From positions 61,380,001 through 61,444,000 of the forward strand of contig OX597820.1 of NCBI GenBank assembly GCA_951406725.2: a stretch of 64,000 nucleotides of DNA. Direction: 5' to 3'. Source of the stretch: Octopus vulgaris. Lineage: Eukaryota. Under the pieces are notes generated by a model that saw only the letters and a program-made list of their open reading frames with translations, was not told where the DNA came from and searched no databases. Within the stretch, counting starts at the first letter, position 1; each line of letters opens with the position of its first letter. This document shows, piece by piece, positions 51,237 to 64,000 of this stretch. The position numbers were made by a program, and so were the translations under genes.

Positions 51237-51800
51237 GTATTAACTGTTTTCATCGATTGGTCATGACATTTTAGAGTTAGAAGATGCTCTGCAAAAACAA
51301 GCACGCACACACACAAAAACGTGCATATATAAATATATGCATAAATACCCTTGTGTATGCAATATGTATTCATATGTGTGTATGAGAGAGAGAGTGTGTG
51401 TGTGTGTCGTGTGTGTGTCAGAATATATAAAATACGTTAATGCAAGTGTCAGTAGAACATGCCTAAGAGCCGTTCACGTTGTCACTGGAAAAATAAGGGA
51501 AATGAAGTTTAGAAGAGAGGCTTTGTGTGCAGAACATGTAGATAGATTATGATGAATGTGTGTACGCGTCAACTACACGCATTTCTTTAAAAAAAAAACA
51601 AATACACTCACACATATAAATAATGTAATGCGGTGTGTATATATGTAGGAATAGATTACTGCAAACAATAAAGGTTTGAATTAGCTTTCAGGTTTTGAAC
51701 TTTCAATCTGATCTTAGTCGCCTGGGACCGATAAAAATAAGTACCAGTAATATACATTGAATGAGTCACTCCACAATTTCTCTCCTGTTCAATCTGATTG

Positions 51801-51850
<50 letters not shown>

Positions 51851-52049
51851 TACTGTTATGTGAGGCTTTTGTTTCTTTTTCACAAAAAGAGAATAAGCGG
51901 AAACAGGTGTTACTGGAAAAGGGTGTTTTTTTTTTTCCCCCTCCCCAATAGCCCTCGTTATTCATTCATTTCACATAAAGTAATAATAATATGAATGAGT
52001 AACGAGTTAGAAACAAACAAAAAACACACGAAAGACCAAATAGATAAGT

Positions 52050-52134
52050 ACTTACTTAGTTGAAAACTGACTGCTGTTATTAGAGCTGACTGCTGGCTAC
52101 GTCATGGATCACATGATCCCAACCGGCTTCCGGG
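52050..52134 (-). promoter_or_regulatory. Putative core promoter and short first exon of a minus-strand gene
   Basis: CCGGAAG (ETS, 52127-52133), GGATCATGTGATCC (M-box/CLEAR-like E-box, 52106-52119), TGACGTA (CRE-like, 52098-52104), Inr-like TCAGTT/TCAGCT, then consensus donor GTAAGT starting at 52055. Confidence 0.5.
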
Positions 52135-53094
52135 TCCAAAGAAATTATCGACAAGCTGTCGCTCTCTTTGTCTCTCTCTCTCTATCTCTCTCTTGCTCTT
52201 CATCTCTCTCACACTTTCTCTCTCTCTCTCTGTCTCTGTCGCTTGTTTATTGTCACGAAGAGACAGCAGAGACGGTGGGGGGGGGGAGACTAAAACAAAG
52301 TATTGAAGACATGAATGTGTCGGTCTGTGTTTATCTCTCTATGTGTGTGTGTGTGTGTGACCGCTCACATTTGTTTTGCTTTCTTTATTTTTTAACATGT
52401 AATTGATTCCGTGTTCTTGTTTCAAAATCAAATGACCAATTAAATAATCAACCGATTGTTAGTTTATTCACATAAACTGCGGAATTTCTTCCCGAATTGT
52501 TTATACATGGATTAAAAAGAAATTCAACGAGCTTTTTTTCCTCTATTTTCACTCCTTTCTTACAATTTGTATTTGTTGTTATTGTCGTAAATATTGCCAT
52601 TAATTTCTTCTATTAGACACAGGTCTTCAGGTCGCCGCTTGATAGCGGAAATAAGATTGACGTTCCTATTTTTAAGAGGTTTAGTAACGTCAACAAACAT
52701 ATATCTTTTATTACAAATTGAAACAGTGTTTACATCGATTCTACGACGTTCGTCTATGAAAGTATTAAAATTGTTTATTTGTTGATATTTTGGCTACATA
52801 ACTGTTCTTTTATTGATGAATATATTGATTCAATCAAACGAGATATCAATATCACAAGTTTTTATTTCCTCATGACTAAAAAACAAAGATTACGTTTACA
52901 CTTAAGGAAATTTTAAATGTAGCCCAGTTCCAAATACTTTGAATCTGGCACTCAATGTAAGATTGTTTTTTTTTTTAATTCTTTTTGTTTTCAACTTCAG
53001 AGCCAATTAAGATTAAGACAGTAATTGATTTCTTGTGTATTATTCATTATATATACACAGGGAAAATGAGTTAATTCTACAGCCTGTTTTGAAC

Positions 53095-53900
53095 CACATA
53101 GTTCAATTATATCCTACCAACAAAATGGCAAAAGTGTTGCCATAAAGAACAGTCAGCGAAATATACTGCATCATAAGGCTCTTTCCTCAAGCTCGTCGCC
53201 TTCATCCCAATGTGATGGAGAAGAGCAGAAGATCCGGGACTGAAGCAACCAGAGGCCTACAAAAAGGAATCTGTCCATTAATGACTGGTATTGAGTCATT
53301 TTTTGTTCCTCTGTGTTGCAAGTGGCAGCTCCCAGGTATATACATAACGTCATAACGTTGGTTCTGCCGAATGTATTACAATAAGTGGGATACCAAATTG
53401 AGAACTTACACCCACCCACTGAATGGTTACAGAATTATACTATCTAGATGCCTACCGTCACCAATGTCAAGGCGAACAAGTTCTAGCGGTGAAGGGAAAC
53501 CTGCAGCTTTGAGGGACTTGCCATTTCACATTCAATGTTATTGAAAAGGATATTATTAATTATGGCATAGCAAAGAAAACGTCCCATTGTAGAGACGAAA
53601 GTGCAGATGCTATAGAGCGGCATTCATGTGACGTACACGTATGCAAACCATGATACAGAACAACTTTAATGTATATCCACTCATCACAAAGAAAGGTACC
53701 TAACAATGAATCAATGAGGAGGGTATTGTGTTGCATGAGTTCTGCTGTCTGGAGATAAACTAGACGGTGTTCGTGAAAGAATGAGTATATTAGGTTCTGA
53801 TGTGTGAAAGGAAACGTTGTCGGCCAGAGCACGTGAGGAAAGATAGGCTGATAATATAACAAAACAAATATGAAAATGTGAAACTGGAAGACATATATAG
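53095..53900 (-). pseudogene. CRE-clade-like non-LTR retrotransposon 3' fragment (RLE endonuclease), decayed
   Basis: Fragments read LLGTFLCDEWIYIKVVLYHGLHTCTSHEC, KSLKAAGFPSPLELVRLDIGDGRHLDSIIL.PFSG, IWYPTYCNTF...GAATCNTEEQKMTQYQSLMDRF and YISLTVLYGNTFAIL. These are colinear with the CRE-type LGTLLD..LRLG..C.C / EP.GL..DGRRPDG / WDATC.T / K..KY / RISLAVQRGNA motifs. Confidence 0.7.
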
Positions 53901-54363
53901 TGAAAGGACATTGACTGAGATAAGTGTGAGTGTGTGTGTGTAACTTTATGCAATAATCATATAGTTTCATAAGTTTCTTTAGCTTGCTTTAACCATAGAG
54001 CTAAACCCATGCTGGAGTAAGAACATGTTTTTATGAATTGCTGCCCTTATATATATATACCATGTGAACGTGAACGACCAGGCTATCAGATGTTGCTACA
54101 CATCGCTGGTCACAATGCGCTTCGCATTGTTTTAGCCTTCAAATGACGCCACCCCGCTGGCTAAGCGAGCAGGCCAGCAGAAGAAAGAGTGAGAGAAAGT
54201 GGCGGCGAAAGAGTACAGCAGGGATCGCCACCATCCTCTGCCGGAGCCTCATGGAGCTTTTAGATGTTTTCGCTCTCTAAACACTCGCAACGCCCGATCT
54301 GGAAAGCGAAACCGCGATCCTATGACCGCGAGTCCGCTGCCCTAACCACTGGGCCATTGCGCC

Positions 54364-54403
<40 letters not shown>

Positions 54404-54479
54404 CATACATGTGGTGGGGTGGTATGAACAACAATAGGACAGGAATTATGTTATCACTTTCATTAGCTTACAACTGTTT

Positions 54480-55820
54480 CTAACCTACAACTGATGCATC
54501 AGTTCAGCCAGTTTTAAGTTAACTATCCATGATAGAAAAAAGTGTTCCATTTCTAACCTATCCGACATAGCTAAAACAGATGACTAAAACCATTCTCTAA
54601 TATGCCTTCACATTCTTCACACAATTAAATCTCATAACCCCAAGCTCACCAGTAGGTTACACACAGTTGTGCTGCAATAATGTTAGTGGAGAACCCTACA
54701 TGGAGATACTCAACCACTTCAATCAACAAGGTAACTTTTACCTCTTACTGCAGCATCTTTTAAGATTATCATCTGAAAAGCAAGAAATACTTTCATGCAT
54801 CTTACACCCTATAAACTCTTCCAACTCCAATATTTTAGTTAGTTTTAGTTCCTTGCCAAGAAGACCCCTACTAATTTCATGGAATCTGCCAACCAATCTT
54901 TCCTGAATCAAGATGATGGTTTAGAAAGCATCAGTCCTTCAGATAAAGTTTCTCTGTTATACTGGCCACTTGCTTTGATTCTAAGCCTGCAACGCACACA
55001 CTCATCAAGACTCCACAAAACTTTCCTTACAAATCTACTCATCTCAACTTCCACATACATGTAAGCATTATGAATAAAAACATCCCTGGTCACTTCACAT
55101 TAATAATATCATTGTCCCTGTCAATGTCTTTACCATCACCTTCACATATAGCACTCCCCAGCTTTTTCATATTTTCACCAGACACTTCAATCTTTCTTTC
55201 CAGGAATCTTTTTCAATCTTTGAAAACATGCTACAATATGTCCCATCTCTCAAGACAAGTAACATTTTTGATCATACCAATCTAGTGCATTTATTTCTAA
55301 CATCTCAAAGGCGATGGCAACAGTTGCTAACAATAACCTCCTTCATCAACTTGAGTTTCTTTCCCTCTAGTTTTAGCAACAGCCTGCATGATTTGGTTAA
55401 ACTAGCATTTGACTTGCATATCAAATGTCTGAATAAGAACTTCCTTTCTAAACGTCCCACTTATAAGTTTTATTTATCTTTCATCTCTTGGAACGGAAAT
55501 TTCCTATCAGAATGCACTATCTCAGCATTGTGCTGATGGGGCTCTCTCTTACCCACACTCTATCAACTCTAGTATGTGCCAAAGATTGGTTGTGCCATCC
55601 ACATTCTTCCTCCTGTATATTAACAATCATTCTGCTATCATCTCAAATGATACACACTCCCATCCATTTGAAACCACTCTTTACTCTTCTCAGGCCTTCC
55701 ATGCACAAATGTTACTCACTTAGAAGAAGTACTGAAGAACAACCTCAAGAAACTGAACTTTTCAGGTGAGATGACAAAGGACCGAGATACCTGGCACCTG
55801 GCTATACTCAAGAAGACCTG
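54480..55820. mobile_element. Highly decayed RTE/BovB-like LINE fragments
   Basis: Weak motif traces on the minus strand (GLLGKELKLTKIL, EVVEYL). A plus-strand 3' end reads EEVLKNNLKKLNFSGEMTKDRDTWHLAILKKT at about 55720-55820. Confidence 0.4.
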
Positions 55821-56561
55821 TACCCCACAGCAGAAGTGTTAAGACCAATCCTTCTGGTAGTGTAAAAGCGCCCTTGTGGGGTCACATGAAAGTGCCCACA
55901 TGGTACCACATAAAAACAAATGTGCATCACCACATAAAAGTGCCCATGCAGTTCCACATAAAAGCACTGGTTTGGTACCACTTAAAATAACCAGTACACT
56001 TTACAAAGTGGTTGGCATTAGGAAAGGCATCCAACCATAGAAACCATACCAAATCAGACTGGAGTCTGGTGCAGCTCCCCAGTTTGCCAGCTCTGGTCAC
56101 ACTGTCCAACCCCAACCCATGCCAACTTAAACAAGGGATGTTAAATAATGATGATGATGACGATGATGCAACCTAGACAGATGATGGTGATGCAACCTCA
56201 AAACTGTACTTCCTCTATGAGTAGAAATCATTCTGTGAAGGGAAAATGAATCTTGTCTCTTTCATAGCACAAAGACCCAACTACTACTCTTTTAAAAAAA
56301 ACAATCATACATTCCACCCTTCCTAGCCTTTAACAAGCAATTAAAACCTTCAAACTCACAACAAATACTATGCTTTACTATCTTTGATCTTTGCTAACAA
56401 CATCATACAACTAAAACTATATCCCAAAGATTATTCTTCCTCTTCATAACAGGAAAAACATTTCCATTCAGATTAGCTGTTGTCTTACTTGAAAGCTCAA
56501 GTAAGTGTCACGATAAAATACTGCTCCCATATCTAAGAGAGTATTGCTACTACACACACAC

Positions 56562-56615
<54 letters not shown>

Positions 56616-59600
56616 CGTGTGTATGTATATAGCTTTATAAAGCTTGAAACATGTGTACCGTTACATCCTTTGTGTTCTGTTTTTGATTTCATTTGATACA
56701 TATACCCTCTCACCTCTGTTACTAGCTCGCATATACAGGTGCTTACACTTATCAAGTATTCACCTTAAATTTATGTATGTATATATATATAATATGTCTA
56801 TATATATATATATATATATTGTTAGTTCAAGGAAGTTATATCCTCATTAGGGATTATATAATCCAAGGTATTCCACTGGTTAATCCGTATCATATAATAC
56901 GAAAGTTACTGATATATGTTAGGGATTATTGAACTTATATATCATCGATGTTGAAGGAAAAAGAAAATGGATAAAAAATGGATGTATGAATAAGTCATTT
57001 GTATGTTATAAAATGATGAAAATTTCTTTTAAAAAACATAACAGTACAAATAGATTACATGTTGTAGAGCTTGGAAAATAGAATAAAGGAACTTGCATAT
57101 GTGTTTCAGTCCTATCACTTAGTTGATCAGAAGTTCTAAGCATTTGGTTAAATGCCAAGAAAGGTATCATATTCTAACTATATGGGGATAGGACTTCTTC
57201 AGGGTTAATTATGAGCTTATGGGACTCACAATTAACCCTGAAGAAGCCCTACCCCCAATCACTATTGATTTTACACACACATACACGCATGCACGTACAC
57301 ACACACATGCACGTACACACACACATACACATTAGTAGATGTATCCAAGAGAAACCAATTTACCTGATTGGTAAATATTCACACATCAGTACACAATAAC
57401 CACTAGCCCATGGACATGATGCATCTTCACTCTGCCTCATATACAGTTACTGTAATGACCCCCCAGCTCCTCAGAACTAGCTAGCTGCATAACACACTTC
57501 AATCCCCAGTAAAATAGCCATCCTTTCTCCTCTGTTCATCCACATTGTATTTCATCCACCTAGGTGCCACATTAAGCATTGTGTTCAGTCCTACATATTT
57601 AAGCCATCACACTTTCTGAAATTCTTTAGACCCCCCCACAATTTTTTAACAATTATCAATTTAAACTTGAACACAAACACTACCAATGTTTCCAGTTTCC
57701 AATGATCTCCAAGAGTCATGGGCCATCTTTTTTCCTCCAAACTAAAACATTTCAAAACCTACCCTCACATCATATATCTCATCAAATGAACGACAATAAT
57801 ACCATTCCAGTAATCACTTGCTAACTATAACAACCACGTGACAAAAAATTCCCCAATTGTCTTTCAACCACTTGCCTACTGTCATCACAACTCATTCACA
57901 CATAATCACCAAAACAAGAAAATGTACACAATACTTCAAGCTACATACCTACACTGAAATTGCAAGCAAACTTACTTATCAGCATTTTCCTAAATCAGTC
58001 ACCAAAGTTTACACTACACAAGGTCATGGTTTATGTGTATCTCACATTTTATATTTCTCTCATCAACACACAATAAGTTCTAACTTACATGAATCAGACA
58101 ATATTGTGTATTGATGGATGAATATTTATCAATAGGTCAGATGAGTGACATTTAGAAAACAGGAATACAAAAAAAAATACACAATTACAAAGCAAAGCCA
58201 CATGTTTATTACAAATGGTTTGTAATAAGCATGTAGCTTAACTTAGCTTCAGTTATAAGGCTCTTGATTTTTTAATTTTATATCCAGTTGGTTTCATCTT
58301 TCCTTTTTATTCAATCCACTTAGAGCACTGAAACTGCATTCCATCAAATAAGAAAAATGGGAAGGGTTAACAGCAGTTCTCTAGTCAAACGAGTTGAATT
58401 ATGATAATTAGTCTTGATATCATCAGAGAACTACATCAGAGTTACTTTTACTTTGAATTAAGTTTTAACAGACACATAGATTTATATTTCAGATAATTCC
58501 TCTTGGTATAGCATTGGCTGAGTTTCATATCAGAAAATCTGCAAAATAAATCATAAGTCAGTATTTTCAAATGATTCACAATAGCAAGAATCATCAAATA
58601 CCTCATGTTTATTTAACCAATACAGCTAGCTTTTTTTTTTTTTTTTCAGAAATATTCTTTTGATGTAACTCCAGAAATATAATGAAGAATAAATGAACAA
58701 GGATTGTCCCGTGAAGTTCCATGAATTCAATAAATATATTCAGATTTTCAAAAATATCTCTCAAGTCTATCAACTGCTACTAGGAGTTTCATTCAAGATT
58801 TTCCTTTTACAAATCACTAAGAATATTAAATAGTTCCATGAATCTTTTCAGACAGTTGCCTTTTTTCAGCCAGGTTCCATCTGTGAGAAACAATAATCTG
58901 ACATTGTTGGTGTTTTTATCCTTTCAAAACTATTTTAAAAGATGCTTATATTCAGTAATAGCTTTGACTATGTTGATACATTTTATTACTGAATTAACAT
59001 TTCATTTAGAAATGAGGAAAACATTTTAGCAACTAAATTCTGACCAATTTAGATACCAAAAATACGAATAACACACTGCACAAGCAAAATTTTATGAGTT
59101 GTTATTCATCCATAATTTTGAACAGCCATTCTTCTTGTTCATCAGGCAGATAAATGATCTAACAAACAAGATATCCTGTTTTCTGTTAGTATTTTACTCT
59201 TATCAGTAGTTATTGTACACATCCATGACACTAGTAGTGCATTCTTATGACTTGCAAAGCATTATCATCATCAACATCATAGTTGTCATTATGATTAATA
59301 TATCTCACTCATGCCAACAATAGAGGCTTACTCTTTCATGTGTCACCAGTACAATGATGAGGGGGATGATACAAAGACAGGTATAAAGTGTGGGATTTAC
59401 ATCAAATGGAATGATTTAAAAAAGAATACATAGTATCCAGTATGAACAAAATGTAATGAATTCAAATATATATGGTATACAGCATTAGGAAACAAAAGAA
59501 GATGATGGTAATGCAATCCTCTTTAAACAGGACTTCTAGGACCAGTTGAGGAACACTACCATCCAAGAGCTCCCTGAATACAAAGGGCAAGTGTCTTCTC

Positions 59601-60757
59601 CAATCTTTGCTCTTTAACTTATAAGTTTATACTTAGAGTGGCACCATCCATTTTTACTGTTTTTGCCACTTTCACCCACCTTTCAATGAATTAACAAAAG
59701 AACAGCACTCTCTCTCCACCTTCACTTGTCTTCTCAGGTGAAACATGAAATTCAGTGAGGGCTCTACCAAAGAGGGAAATCTTTTTTTCATATCTTTCAG
59801 CCTTATCCACATGCGACCTCTTTCACTACGGCTACCAAGCAAAGGAAAAACTATTTTCCTTGCCTAGTTAAAGAAGTGCTATGAAGTAATCAATACTAGG
59901 GACTCTGCTGATAGTGGGGTCTGGCCTGATTTGACAGCAGTATTCCATGTAACTCTTCATGTCAGGACTGCCCAGACACTGACCAAGTGCATGCAGAACA
60001 GTTTTGTTGCTTTGCACATATCTCAGGGACAAACCCATCAGATGGTAGTACCCCTTGGTAGCACTGCCAGGCCAAGGACTTCTAGAAATTACCCACGGTA
60101 GTCTCCAATTACAAAATCCTCTGGTACAGACTAACCAGTTTATTTTTATCAATACCCTGAGTCTTCCCGAAGGAATGTCACTAGAGTGGAACATCCATCA
60201 ATCTTGTTGTCCAACTGGCAGAGGGCAGTGAATGCCTGACGACATTCTAAATGTCAAGCACCCATAGTTCTATTCAGTCGAGGATGACCAAAGACAAAAT
60301 AACACCTACCTTATATACCCTAAACCCTCTGCTGAGAAACACACCACCAGAGACAAGGGCAAAAGAACAACAACTGTTGCTATCCAATCAAGTCTATCTT
60401 GCTTGCTCCTACTTCAGCTACTATCAATACAGATTAAACAGTGAACAAACCAATAATAGAGCCTGTATTTGACTGCTTGACTTGCTACATACAGCAACCA
60501 ATTTCTTCAAATCACTGAACAATCTTTTCATAAAAAATACATTGATAGTCCCGGAAACACTATATCTGAAAAAAAAATTGAGGTGGTCATGGTTAGAATG
60601 CCATTTATAATACATCTGCTTGATCTGGATTTACCTGGGATTGAACAACAACAGAATAGTGAAAAAATACGCAACTTGTCACCTGAAACACAGCACTTTT
60701 TATAATAAATCACTACATTCCAGGGTGCATAGAATAATTATCTGCAAAGGCGTCATG

Positions 60758-61861
60758 CAGAGTATTCAGGCTAAATTTGACAGTTTGCATAAAAGAAAAA
60801 GAAAACAATATTCCATCCAAAAATATAAGTATTTTGAAAAATCAAAAAATGTCAACTAGATTATGGCTGGATGATGATAGTTTAATGAAAGTAGTTGCCT
60901 TCAGCTTCCACCACAGCTTCAAGATGGCTCTGGGACCTGGTATATACATGCCTCACTATGTCCCTGAAAAGATCTTTGAACACATCCTTGATCTTGACTA
61001 CCAGCCTAGGCTTGGTATTGCAGGCAGAGTGGTTGGTGTCATTCTCAACTGTGCTCCACCCATAGTAATCAATGAAGGAATTAGGAGGCCAGAAAATGGG
61101 GCTGTTGAAGTTGTAGAAATTCTCTAACTACCATTTCTCTTTCTCGGGGTATGGCATGGAGCCAAGTCCTGCTGCCACACATACAGCCTTCCAGCAGCAA
61201 TCGTCTCTAGCCAGAGATTGGCCACAGTCTCCAGCAGCTTCACATAGCTGTCTGAATTGAGCCTAAGGCTCTGTTCAAAGATGTGGAGATGAATTCCAGC
61301 ATGCAAACAGTCAGAACACCTACTGTATCCCTCCCTGCTGACCATGGCTTTGTAGTCTCTATTGCAGCTGTCCATGTTACGCCTTACAGCCTTTACAGTG
61401 TTCACAAAGCAGTGAGCATCAATCCTGATGTAAGCGCTTTGATACCCAGTGCAAATCATTATGCAGATAACTCTTTTCCAATATTCAGATGGCTTCCAGT
61501 TCTCTATGTCAGATAACTATTTCTCAACTACAATTTCAATCTTTATGCTCTTTCACACTTTCGTTACTGTATTTATTTTGAGATGCTCTGTGTTTCTTTC
61601 AATTACTTTAAATATAACAATTTAGTAAAATAACTTTGTTATCATTCAACCAGTGTTAGGAACATAAATTGTGACTAAGGTTTTGTGAAAGATTTTAATT
61701 CAAAATTTATGAAAACAAGACCTTTGTACTACAGAGCCAGAGCCGGTTTCAACTGGGTTGGTAACAAAAGGGTTAAAGCTGTTGACTATTCCCCTATACA
61801 TCAAGCTGCTCCTGAAAAAGGGGAGACATAAAAAATCATCAAATTTAGTCCAAACACCCTG
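60758..61861 (-). mobile_element. Tc1/mariner (mariner/maT-like DDxD) transposon remnant, internally deleted
   Basis: Degenerate TIRs CAGAGTATTCAGGCTAAATTTGA / TCAAATTTAGTCCAAACACCCTG followed by TA. The transposase fragment (about 61330-60882) reads LRLNSDSYVKLLETVANLWLETIAAGRLYVWQQDLAPCHT..ENFYNF...WPPNS..IDYYGWSTVE...HLEAVVEAEGNYFH*. Confidence 0.85.
61556..61772. mobile_element. piggyBac-like MITE (TTAA family 1) nested in the mariner remnant
   Basis: Reverse-complement homology to 95-279. Ends AAAAGGG-TTAA. Confidence 0.75.
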
Positions 61862-63123
61862 TATATTTGTGGATCACATCAAGTCATCTAACAATGTAAA
61901 TATGCTTGAGTAGAGGTGACCTGAAGCTTGACAACAACAACTAACTTATTTTTCACAATTAGTTTGACTCCTGGAATTATTCTTTGTTGTGCACATAGTC
62001 ATAAGCTGTATTTGTGCTAAGAACCAGCCTGTGACTATGTATACAACAATAATAAGACATTTGATGACAACTGTGGATTGAAACCAATTGAAATGTTGTG
62101 TAGATATAAATATTATAGACAAGCACTCTAAGGACAAGATTAAGAGTTCAGAAAATTACATAATCTGATCTGAAAACTTTTAATAAAATACAGATGTACC
62201 CACAGATTAGAACACTGCTTACATATGTCTATTTTCAAGAGAAAAAAATATTATTCACATGCTAATTAAATTCACATCAACACATTCAAGCCATTATCGA
62301 ATCGGTAGTGTAGCTGGGATAGAGAAGGGGTGCAAAGGGGGCAGTCCACTCTTGGCAATGTTTTTATGTGGGTGGCATTTCTGGGTCTGTTGTATAAGTC
62401 TGCTTAGGTTTGGGAGCCCAGATGGAAGATAGCAAACTCAAGAGCTACCCCAGGCAGCACACACTCTAGATCAAGCTGCTGAATTAGTTTCTACCATCAC
62501 TTGTCAGAACATTCAACACTCTTCTCTCTTCAATGACTGCATCATTGTATGATGCACTCCTTGACATGTATTTTTTTCTGACTAATAACCTGTAATAAAT
62601 CAACCAGATACAATAGCTATGATATAAATAATAACTGTGAATATAATGCAGTAGATTATTGAACACAGCCTTCAGTTCAAATGTTACTGCTACAGTCATT
62701 GTATTGTACATCTCTGCAAGGAATATAAATGTGTTTACCCCTGTCTGCTTAACCGACAAACAGCTTCTATTTTTTCATAATTCAGTGATTGACAGTAGAA
62801 GTAGCATCTATCTATTAAAATAAGCATTTGTACATTATGCAAATCTACAAATATTAAGTGAACAAAGATAATGGATGTAAAACAGCAATAAAAAAAATTC
62901 TGTTCACAACTGCTCCACCTAATTCCTCTTGCTAGCTGCAAGGCCACTTCACTAGTACCAGAGACACAAAAAAAAAATCACCCAGTACTTGCTACAAAGT
63001 GCTTGATGTTAGGAAGGGCATCCAGCCATAGAAACCATGCCAAAGCAGATAATGGTGTATGATACAGTCCTTGGACCCATCAAATCCTGTCGAACTTATA
63101 CCAGCATGGAACATGGATGCTAA

Positions 63124-63154
<31 letters not shown>

Positions 63155-63309
63155 GTGTCGTCAGTGGCAGCAGCAGTGGTGGTGGTAATGAAGTGAAGGA
63201 TTGAACATTAATCACACTGACTTCTCCCTTCCCAGCCTAGGAGATCTGTAACTGATTAGCTGCGAATGATTATAAGCACCACCCACTCTTTTCAGACCAA
63301 TTTAAAGTA

Positions 63310-63991
63310 CAGGGATTCCCCGACTTGCACAAGTTCAACTTGCGCGAAATTCGACTTGCGCAAGCCAACTTTTGATACCGAGTGTTCAGGTTGCGCGAGT
63401 TGTATTCTCGACTTGCGCTTCTTGTAAAAATATTTGTTATCCATGGTTGCATTGCCTTATCTGTTATCTTGTTATTTATCCATCATTTCAAATATACATA
63501 AAATAAAAATAATTGTGTTTGAGTAATTGATGATATGTTAGTTAAAGTTAATTTTCATTGTTATATTTATTATTTAGCTTTACATTAAACTCTTCTTTTA
63601 TTTGAGTCACCCTTCTCAGACGAGAACACTGACCGATCTATGCAAGTGCTAAGAAATTTGGAACATGGTTTTTCTTGTTATGAAAAAATGTTTGATCAAC
63701 TGAATAAGTAAATTTATTTGCTATGTATTTTTCTATTTTCTGTTTATAATCATTAAGCAATTTCTTTTATTTTTTGTAATTTATATTCGTACAAAGCAGT
63801 CACCAATAAAAGTTTTTTGGTTTCAAATAGAAAGAAAGTTCATTCAATACTTTCTCCAAGTGTTTCTTTAATATAACAATATTTAGCAGTTATCCCGGAA
63901 CATATTTATAGAAAACAATATCTGGTACTCGACTTGCACGAATTTCGAATTGCACGTCCCCCAATTACTTATGCAAGCCGAGGAATCCCTG
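63310..63991. mobile_element. pogo/Tigger-like non-autonomous element
   Basis: TA on both sides (63308-63309, 63992-63993). TIRs CAGGGATTCCCCGACTTGCACAAGT / ACTTATGCAAGCCGAGGAATCCCTG. Subterminal CGACTTGCGC repeats. Confidence 0.85.
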
Positions 63992-64000
63992 TATTAACAA

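Larger units (their letters stand above)
49480..52780. promoter_or_regulatory. CpG-rich, SINE-poor region consistent with an unmethylated promoter / gene 5' end
   Basis: Visibly higher CpG frequency (e.g. GGCGCGTG, TTCGCGAGCGCG, ACGCTCGCGC) than the CpG-depleted rest of the window. Judged by eye, not computed. Confidence 0.6.

Noticed and set aside
53345-53760. Plus-strand frame interrupted mainly by TGA codons (possible selenoprotein or read-through)
   Set aside because: It is the antisense shadow of the minus-strand CRE-like retroelement ORF, and the peptide is not recognisable.
59860-60500. Possible LINE remnant (SYMEYCCQI motif) on the minus strand
   Set aside because: Too decayed to assign a clade or boundaries from sequence alone.

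Overview
This is AT-rich, microsatellite-dense eukaryotic DNA. Its SINE families point to a coleoid cephalopod, most likely Octopus (inference from repeat recognition, not a database search). Most of the window is intronic or intergenic. It carries about 40 tRNA-derived or RTE-tailed SINEs, decayed LINE fragments (CR1, R4/Dong-like, RTE, CRE-like), a nested 4.4 kb hAT element with a GTF2IRD2/SPIN-like transposase pseudogene, a mariner/maT remnant and several MITEs and rolling-circle elements. No intact host coding exon could be recognised, and almost all listed ORFs are repeat or microsatellite artefacts. A CpG-rich block at about 49.5-52.8 kb looks like the 5' end of a minus-strand gene. It has an ETS/M-box/CRE promoter cluster, a GTAAGT donor and a candidate 30-codon uORF. 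The leading candidates for novelty are: (i) a tRNA-headed SINE carrying a minimal Penelope-type hammerhead ribozyme, inserted as inverted pairs with 13-bp TSDs (two loci); (ii) a GC-rich pseudoknotted RNA motif with two hammerhead-like cores at 18.6-18.8 kb; (iii) the candidate uORF; (iv) an 85-nt Pol III-like RNA with an aberrant tRNA fold.
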